DNA of 64,000 bases from assembly GCF_009914755.1 (NCBI RefSeq), contig NC_060940.1; one strand, written 5' to 3'. Every line of letters starts with the position of its first letter. Position 1 is the first letter of the stretch. The notes beneath the pieces are model-generated. The model searched no databases. It saw nothing but the letters and a program-made list of their open reading frames with translations, and was not told where the DNA came from. The position numbers and the translations under genes were made by a program. Shown here one piece after another: positions 53,409 through 64,000 of the stretch. This stretch comes from the human T2T-CHM13v2.0 reference genome, Homo sapiens.

Positions 53409-54350
53409 TGAGTAGCTGGGATTACAGGCATCTGCCACTATGTCCAACTAATTTTTGTATTTTTAGTAGAGATGGGGTTTCACCAGGTTGGTCAGGCTAG
53501 CCTCAAAATCCTGACCTCAAGTGATCTGCCTGCCTCGGCCTCCCAAAGTACTGGAATAGGGGTTTTGTTTTTTTTTTTTTTAATCTTTTTGAAAACCACA
53601 AGCTAATGGGTTTCTTTTTTCTTAATGAGGCTACTCTTCCAACTGTGCATCTTTATAGCACCCCTGAAATCAATTTGAGTGCCAATTTCTGGAATTAGTC
53701 TGGCTTCCTGGGTTGGCATCCAGTTTAGGCCTCCAGGATGGATGGATAATGGGCTTTTTATGTTTGAAATATGTATTGGTTTTTTCAAACATGTATTGAA
53801 TGCATGTTGTTTGTCAGGCATCCCACCATTTTATACATTTAACCTTGTTGAGGTGAAGTGACCCTCACGAGGTCAGATAGCTAAGAAATGAAAGAGATGG
53901 CCATTTGAATCTTGGTCTTCAGAGTCCACATCTGGTCCTTCTACCACTTATCATTAGTGAGATGGGTGGAGTGGCTATATAAACATAAACTCCCTTTGGA
54001 ATCAAATCAGTGAGTTGCTTTTGAGCGACTTTGAGTCCCTTAGGACTATTATGTGTCACAGGCAGAAAGGGAATTTACCAGGTAAAGAAAGGCAGATTTA
54101 TTAAAGTGAAAACACGTTGCAAGAAAGCAATGGGCAGCACAGCAGAGAAGGGGCTGTCTGCAAAGAAGCAGGAGATGGAGGGAAGTTTTACAGGGTTGTG
54201 CTGGAGGGGGCTATGTGGGGATTGATGCATCTGAGGGCTGTTTGTGATTAATCATTTCTCAGAACGACTGTCCATGGCTTTCCCCTACCTGAGGCCCCTT
54301 CCTCGTTGTTGCTTACTTATCTTATTAGGACTCCACATTATGGACTCTGA

Positions 54351-54470
<120 letters not shown>

Positions 54471-54998
54471 TGATCCTCCCATCTTAGCCTTCCAAGTAGC
54501 TGAGACTATAGGCATGTGCCACCATGCCTAGCTAATTTTTAACTTTTTTGTAGAGATGGGGTCCCACTATGTTACTCAGACTGGTCTTGAACTCCGGGCT
54601 CAAGTGATCCTCCTGCCTCAGCCTCCCAAAGTGTTTGGGGTTACAGGTGTGAGCCACCACAACTGGCTAGGGCTCTGGAATTTCTGAAAGATGGGAACAA
54701 AAGGGAAGATGTTTCCCCTGGATGATGGGACAGGTTAGATTCTAACCAAAATCTTTTTAGAAGGTTGCAGTTCCCTGTTTTTCACCCCACCGCAGTTTAT
54801 AGCAAATATTCAGTGATTTAAATCATTACTACTAATAATAACTATTAGGAAAATACCAGCCAGGCATGGTGGCTCACACCTATAATCCCAGCACTTTAGG
54901 AGGCCGAGGTGGGTAGATCACCTGAAGTCAGGAGTTTAAGACCAGCCTGGCCAACATGGAGAAACCCCGTCTCTACTAAAAATACAAAAAATTAGCTA

Positions 54999-55139
<141 letters not shown>

Positions 55140-56321
55140 TCAAAAATAATTAAATAAATAAAAAATAACAAGTACCAAGACATGGCAGTCCTGACCTAGG
55201 GCCCGTCCTCTTCCTCAAGTCACCCATGCCTTTTGCTTCTTGTTTTGTCTTCAGATCTGCTTTCCAGTCAGCCTCTTTTATTCTTAGCCTGTAATTCCAC
55301 GGGGCTTCCAATAGTGTACCTCCCTGCTCCCTCCCGTTTTCTCTTTTTCCGTGCTTAGTCTTTGTAAGGATGTCATTTGGCAAAGTTGATTCTGTTTGAT
55401 TGTTTTTCAATATGGGCCTTTGGAGAATGGAAGGTAGTAACTCAATGCTGGACAGAGGAAGGAGGCCAAGAAAGAAGCATTAGTGTTGGAGTAGCATGAG
55501 CCTGTAAAGAACAGGAGAATCTTTTGGACAGAGCTTTTCCTTGCATATCTTTCAAGAAATGAGTGCAGGCTGGGCGCAGTGGCTCACGCCTGTAATCCCA
55601 GCACTTTGGGAGGCCAAGGCGGGTGGATCATGAGGTCAGGAGATCGAGACCATCCTGGCTAACGTGATGAAACCCATCTCTACTAAAAATACAAAAAACT
55701 AGTCAGGCGTGGTGGCAGGCACCTGTAATCCCCGCTACTCGGAAGGCTGAGGCAAGAGAATTGCTTGAACCCGGGAGGTGGGGGTTTGCAGTGAGCCGAG
55801 ATTGCACCACTCACTCCAGCCTGGGTGACAGAGCAAGACTCCATCTCAAAAAAAAAAAAAAAAAAAAATAGAAGTGGGTGCAAGGTTTATCTCTAGTTAG
55901 AAATAAGCTCTGCCTGTTTCTACAGCTGGTTAATTAGAAATAAAATCTTTGTGAACCCATGGATTATATTGAAAAAAATTTTTTAAAACAAGAAATAAAA
56001 TATTGATACTGGTGTGTAATTTCTGCTTTTCCCTGGCTCCTTCTACACAGGTCTTTTCATCTCAAGATCAGTGTTCACTGGTTTCTTGACTCAGAGCTGG
56101 GTCAAGAATTTTAGGAATTGAGGTGCTTGTAATGCCAGAGCCAAGAATTTCAGTATCGAGAAGTGGTTTTGTTTGTAGTTGATATTTGAAGAGCTCTTAC
56201 TGTGTGTCCTCTGCTTTACCTGAATTCATGTAGTCAGTACAGTAATCTTATAAAGTAAGTACTATTATTGGGTTCATTTCACAGATGAGAAAACTGAGAT
56301 TTAGAGAGGGTAGGTATGATT

Positions 56322-57603
<1,282 letters not shown>

Positions 57604-58915
57604 TCACTCAAAGGCAAATGAGTGGTTCAGCTTATTAGCCTCCAGAAGATTGACAGGTCTGAAAGGTTGTTGCTGAGGTAGGGTGATAAAAGTGATCAGG
57701 TGCTTCAGGTATTGCAGGAGCTGCCACTAGCTTAATCTGATGTGTAGTTGTTTTCTCCTGTCAAAAGTTCTGTAATAATTATTATTTTTCTTTTTGAGAT
57801 GAAATCTTGCTGTGTCTCCCAGGCTGGAGTGCAGTGTGCTATCTTGGCTCACTGCAACCTCCGCCTCCCGGGTTCAAGCTATTCTCTTGCCTCAGCTCCT
57901 GAGTAGCTGGGATTACAGGTGCCTGCCACCATGCCCGGCTAATTTTTGTATTTTTAGTAGAGACGGGGTTTCCCCATGTTGGCCAGGCTGGTCTCGAAAT
58001 CCTGACCTCAAGTGATCCACCCGCCTGGGCCTCCTAAAGTGCTGGGATTATAGGCATGAGGCACAGAGCCTGAAGGACTGTAGCTTTGTAGTAAGTTTTA
58101 AAATTGGAAAGTGTTAGTCATCCAACTTTGTTCTTTTTCAAGATTGTTTTGGCGATTCTGGGTTCCTTGCATTTCCTTACTTTAGGATCAGCTTGTCAAT
58201 TGCTGAAAAACAATTCTCTTTTTCTCTCTGTTTGTTTTTATATCTGGCTTTTTGGCCAAGGACTTCTGCAATGTTTGTTGACATTTAGGTGTGAAGTACA
58301 CATGTATGCTAGGACCCAAGTGCGGGAAGGTGAGTTGGGTGGGGGAAATTGACCTTTTCAGTTTATAATGTAGACTTTCACTGTCTCGCTGGGTCAATAT
58401 GGTGCCTTATCCCTATTGTCAACTATGCCTGAAGTCTTGAGTTTGGTTTCACCTGTTGAGAAACTAAAAGTCTTTTTAGTCTTTTTTTTTTTTTTTTTTT
58501 TTTTTTTGAGACAGAGTCTTGCTCTTGTTGCCCAGGCTGGAGTGTAATGGTGTGATCTTAGCTCACCATGACCTGTCTCCCAGGTTCAAGCTATTCTCCT
58601 GCCTCGGCCTATCCCAAGTAGCTGGGATTACAGGCACGCACCACTACACCTGGCTAATTTTGTATTTTTAGTAAAGACAGGGTTTCATCATGTTGGTCAG
58701 GCTGGTCTCGAACTCCCGAACTTGGGTGATCCGCCTGCCTTGGCCTCCCAAAGTGCTGGACTAAAAGTCTGCTTGGGATTAGGAAGGGGCAACTGCTTGG
58801 TTGAACTGGGTGGGGAGGGGACTCTGGGACTCTAATCATTCCCAAGATAGGCTTTTGCCAGTCCTCCTGTTTTTAGCCCCACTTCTGCCCTTACTTTCGG
58901 AGGTACCTGTACTAC

Positions 58916-59333
58916 TGATGCAGGGCACGTGAGCCCCAAAACTGGGGGTTAGTCTGGGTAGGTTCTTGGCTTTGCCCTGGAAAGAATTCAAGGGCAAGCT
59001 GGTAGTAGAAGAAAACAGCTTTATTGAGGCAGCAGAGTTACAGCTCCGTGACTGCTCCTGCAGAGCAGGGCTACGCTATAGGCAGTGTGTCCCTAGTAGC
59101 AGCTCAGGGGCAGTTTTGCTGTCATATTTATACCCAGTTTTAATTATATGCAAGTTAAGGAGTGGGCTATTAGACATTTCTAGAAAAGTGGTAACTTCTG
59201 GGGCATTACCATGGCATTGGCACACTGTCATGGCACTGGTGGGTGTGTCTTGTGGGGAGGTGCTTTTGGTGCCTCTTCCCTGTTTCAGCCAGTCTTCAGT
59301 CTGGTCCTGAGTCGAGTCCTCCCTCCTGCCTCA
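58916..59333 (-). mobile_element. ERV1-class solo LTR (family not assigned)
   Basis: TG..CA termini, minus-strand AATAAA, imperfect 4-bp flanking duplication ctac/ccac. Confidence 0.6.
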
Positions 59334-59666
59334 CCACCAGTGATTGACCCTTTCTGGAATTCTTCATTGCCAGTCTGCTTGCCTTCTGTTGACCTCTCTT
59401 GTGGGCAGCTAAGTTTCAGTTTCGACACACTGGAACCATTTTCCAAAATTTTGCTGCTGTTTCCGTTGTGTTTTTTTCCCTTTCTGTGGGTTTTCACCTT
59501 TTTGTATTGCTTCCTGTCATTTTGATGGAGTTTGAGAAGGGAACAGAGATAAATGTATGTGTAGTCTGCTCTGTGTATTGAGAGCTCCTGGAAGGCTAAG
59601 GGAAGAACTGGCCTCTGGGAAGACGCTAGTGTCGCTACTACTTTGTTTCCTTAGCAACAGTCCTGA

Positions 59667-60137
<471 letters not shown>

Positions 60138-60449
60138 TAGCTGGGACTACAGGCATGCACCACCATGTCTGACTAATTTTTTGTATTTTTTGTAGAAATG
60201 GGGTTTCTCTATGTTGCCTAGACTGGTCTCGAATTCCTGGGCTCAAGCAGTCTGCCCACATCAGCCTCCCAAAGTGCTTGGATTACAGGCATGAGCCACT
60301 ACACCCAGCTGCCCCAGTTTTTCATTTGCATAATTTTCTATGCAAATTTTTTGCATTTTTTTAGTTCAGCCAAATTAGCTGAGGTCTAAAGCACTCCTTT
60401 TAGTGCAGTCACATTAGTTGAGGTTTCAACAAATTCATTAACAGTAAAC

Positions 60450-60635
60450 CAGTGGTCCTCAACCCAGCTTCATATTAGGATCACTTGGGGAATTTTTAAA
60501 TAACACAGCTGTCCCTGGCCCACCCCAGACCAATTAAATGGGAATCTCTGAGGGTAGGGTTTGGTGGTCAGTGTTGTTTTTTTTTAATGCTCCCCAGATA
60601 ATTCAGATGTCTAGAAAGGATGGAGAACCACTGCT
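60450..60635. mobile_element. MER5-like hAT DNA transposon remnant
   Basis: CAGTGGTCCTCAA...GAGAACCACTG terminal inverted repeats. Confidence 0.6.
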
Positions 60636-61495
60636 CCAAGGCATTTGATCCTTCATTAAGGATAATTTAACCTAACTCTACACATTCAATTACATCTGTT
60701 ATCTTATTGTTATTCTTTCCATCTTACATTTCCACCCAACATTGGCCTCTTTCCTTCCTTGTATTCCCCAGACATGCTGTCACCTCAACAGCATTTTTTT
60801 TTTGAGACAGGGTCTTGCTCTGTCACCTAGCTGGAGTGCAGTGGCGTGATCATAGCTCACTGCAGCCTAGACCTCCCAGGCTCAAGCGATCCTCCCACCT
60901 CACCTCAGCCTCCCGAGTAACTGTGACTACAGGCATGTGCCACCATGGCTAATTTTTGTGGTTTTTGTTGAGACGAGGTTTTGCCCTATTGTTCAGGCTG
61001 GTCTCGAACTCCTGGATTCAAGTGATCCACCTGACTTGGCCTCCTAAGGTGCTGGGATTACATGCATGAGCCACCACTGCTGGCCATCATACCCTTTTAT
61101 CTATCTGAATGTTTTGCAGATACTCTCAGTTTCTTCCTTCAGCTTCTTCAGATCTTTGCTCAAATGTCACCTTCTCAGTGAGACCTTCCTGTTCATGCCT
61201 TTTTAATTTCTATTTTGGCCAGGTGCTGTGGCTTACGTTTATAATCCCATCACTTTGGGAGGCCAAGGCAGGAGGATGGCTTGAGCCTAGGAGTTCAAGA
61301 CCAGTCTGGACAACTTGGTAAAATCCTATCTCTACTAAAAATACCAAAATTAGCCAGGCATGGTGGCATGTACCTGTAACCCTAGCTACTCAGGAGGCTG
61401 AGGCATGAGAATCACTTGAATCTGGGAGGTGGAGGTGCAGTGAGCTGAGATCACGCCACAGCACTCCAGCCTGGGTGACAGAGCAAGACTGTCTC

Positions 61496-61526
<31 letters not shown>

Positions 61527-63003
61527 AGTGAAAAGCATGCAAATTTATATCATATAAATTTACGTGACTAAGACCTGGAGAAACAGATAATGTGTATTTA
61601 TGTTTAGGTTTGATGAAGAGTGGGCAATCGTGGAGAAATACGATTGGACAAAAGGGGTATGATTGACTGGTAATACACTGGGGGAAATTTAACAAGTCCT
61701 ATTTGTTCAGATTCTTCTCTGTGTCCTTTTGTTTTCAGAGAAGGATATTTCTTTCCTTGGGGTATAAGGAGGGCATCTCTCAAAGGAGGGTCATATGACC
61801 CGTTTCAGGGGAAGGTCAGAAAATCTTTCATAGGCTTTATGACCTGCTTTATGGGAGAAGGGTGAGAGGAAGCTGAGAGTGACTTCCTGCTTTTCCTGTT
61901 TTCTTAAATGCCAAGGTGTCATGTTTTGGGGTAAGGTATCTTAAACCCCATCAGCCATGTCCTGTCTACTGATGAGCCCATCAAGGCATTCTTCACTTCT
62001 ATTACAGTGTTTATGATTTCTAGCATTTTCTGTTGACTCTTATAGTTGCTATATCTCTCCTTACATTGCCCATCTATTCTCATGTGTTGTCTGCTGTTTC
62101 CATTAGAGCCCTGAACCTAGTAATCATAGTTATTTTGCATTACCTGTTTGATTATTCTAAAATCTGTCCTATCTGAGTCAGGTTCTGATGCTTGCTTTAT
62201 TTCTTTTTCACACTGTTTCTTCTTGCCTTTTAGTGTGTTTTGTAATTTTTCATTGAGAGCTAGACATTGACCTTCTTCCTGCTGATCAGTTCCTCTTCCT
62301 TACCCCTCCCTAGTTCTTGTTTAAAAAAGAAAGCTGGACATGATGTATTAGGTAATAGGAAATGAGATAAATAGTCCATTAGTATTGTTAGTATGGTGTT
62401 TCATGTTAATCTGGCTAAGAGTTGGTCTGTGTTTAATGATTGCTGTAACTGTTGGTATCTGAGGCTTCAAATTCCTCTAGTGTCCTTGTTTCTGTCTCCC
62501 CTGTTATCTTTGGTTTTCCCTAAAAACTCCTTCTTAAATAGAGTGTATGCCTTTCAGCCCTAATTCCCTGTTGTTGTACTGGAGCCCTGTTGGTGTGACA
62601 GCAAAGTATGGGGGAGGGGAAGCATTCTATAGCCTCATGGTCAAATCCTAGTCTTTTAGTGGGCCTGTGTCCCAGGCTATGACTGTCACTCATATTTAAC
62701 TGTTTTTCTCCCCTTAGATGAAACAGAAAGGCTAAAGAGGGCTGGAGTCAGGGGACTTCTCTTCCACCAGGTAGGATAAGGCTCTGGTAAAGTCTTCTTC
62801 CCTGGAGAGTAGGCCATTGCTCTGGGCCTATTTCACTATGGTTACTTCCCACAACTAGAGCTAGGAGGGAATCTTTCTTGACTCTTTACCAGGATAATCT
62901 TGTAAAGAAGGATTTTTTCTTCTGTTTTATTCAGCAGTATACCACTAGCACCAAAACCAGTGCAGAGTACATAATAGATGCTCAATAAATATTTGTCAAA
63001 TGA

Positions 63004-63436
<433 letters not shown>

Positions 63437-63553
63437 TTATTAGGTTCTGTAGTGTTTGTTTAATCTAAAACCCTACCTTAGATGGGATTGTTGTAGACCA
63501 GTAGTCTCAAGCTTTTTTGACTGCAACCTTTAGTAAGACATACATTTTATATC

Positions 63554-63780
63554 TTAAAACAGTATATGTGTGTGTGTGTATATATATGTATGTATATTTA
63601 TTTTAAAACAGTATATGGATATATATATACACATATGTGTATATACAATACACATATGGATATATATACACATATGTGTATATACAATACACATATGGAT
63701 ATACACATATGTGTATATACAATATACATATGGATATATCATATATGCACCTATTAATATATATACATGTATATTTATTT
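63554..63780. repeat. AT-rich minisatellite/(TA)n region with about 3 units of roughly 40 bp, each containing the palindrome TATACACATATGTGTATA
   Basis: Read directly from the sequence. Confidence 0.85.
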
Positions 63781-63802
63781 GGTAAAACTTTTTGTGAAAT
63801 AA

Positions 63803-64000
<198 letters not shown>

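Overview
Human (or near-identical great-ape) genomic DNA, recognisable as the Alu-dense 16q22.1 interval. The minus strand carries NQO1 exons 1-4 with its TATA box and antioxidant response element (exons 5-6 lie off the left edge), the complete 9-exon NOB1 gene (412 aa), and a full-length NONO processed pseudogene. The plus strand carries the WWP2 CpG-island promoter, its non-coding first exon and the start of intron 1. Most listed ORFs are Alu-derived artefacts. Two structures stand out. (1) The NONO retrocopy and an adjacent full AluY sit inside one 16-bp target-site duplication, consistent with a chimeric AluY-mRNA retro-insertion made by a template jump at the mRNA 5' end. (2) A 100% identical 303-bp inverted duplication (14085-14387 vs 15144-15446) lies about 1.4-2.7 kb upstream of NQO1 and looks like a very recent templated insertion. 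Gene and repeat-family names come from recalled sequences, not from a database search.
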